NCBI GenBank assembly: GCA_964035545.1
Contig: OZ037767.1
Coordinates: forward strand, 26,366,628-26,430,627
Source of the DNA: Bugula neritina
Lineage: Eukaryota; Animalia; Bryozoa
Reading direction: 5' to 3'
DNA: 64,000 nucleotides
The notes under the pieces are model-generated. The model did not search any database. It worked only from the letters and a program-made list of their open reading frames with translations, and had not been told where the DNA came from. Numbering within the stretch: position 1 is the stretch's first letter; every line of letters begins with the position of its first letter. Shown here one piece after another: positions 63,915 through 64,000 of this stretch. Position numbers and translations under genes: made by a program.

Positions 63915-64000
63915 GGTTGTCTGCTATCTAGCTACAAAGTGTCGACTGTATATATTTGAAATATCAGTTACTTGAGCTCTGATGTAAGAGGTATATTTAC

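Overview
This is AT-rich, intron-rich genomic DNA from an animal, probably a marine invertebrate (the lineage cannot be fixed from sequence alone). Most entries in the ORF track are exon fragments or spurious. Manual splicing with GT-AG sites and phase checks gives ten genes: MRPS15 (-) head-to-head with PACRG (+); SEC63 (-) head-to-head with TMEM107 (+, carrying a U12-type intron); a small single-pass FN3-like membrane protein (+); a full-length intersectin (-, EH2-coiled coil-SH3x5-DH-PH-C2); two tandem ACOT8/TesB-type thioesterases (-); and two tandem intronless atypical class A GPCRs (-). There are also many intronic minisatellites, a hAT MITE and an RTE-LINE relic. The most unusual signals are in intersectin splicing: (i) a duplicated, probably mutually exclusive exon pair that swaps C2-domain strand 1 and the first Ca2+ ligand; (ii) a 21-bp minisatellite that multiplies a 5' splice site into ten in-frame donors at the PH-domain b1-b2 loop; (iii) a hidden terminal exon giving a short isoform; and (iv) a repeat-amplified stop codon. 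All gene identities come from recognised motifs; no database searches were run.
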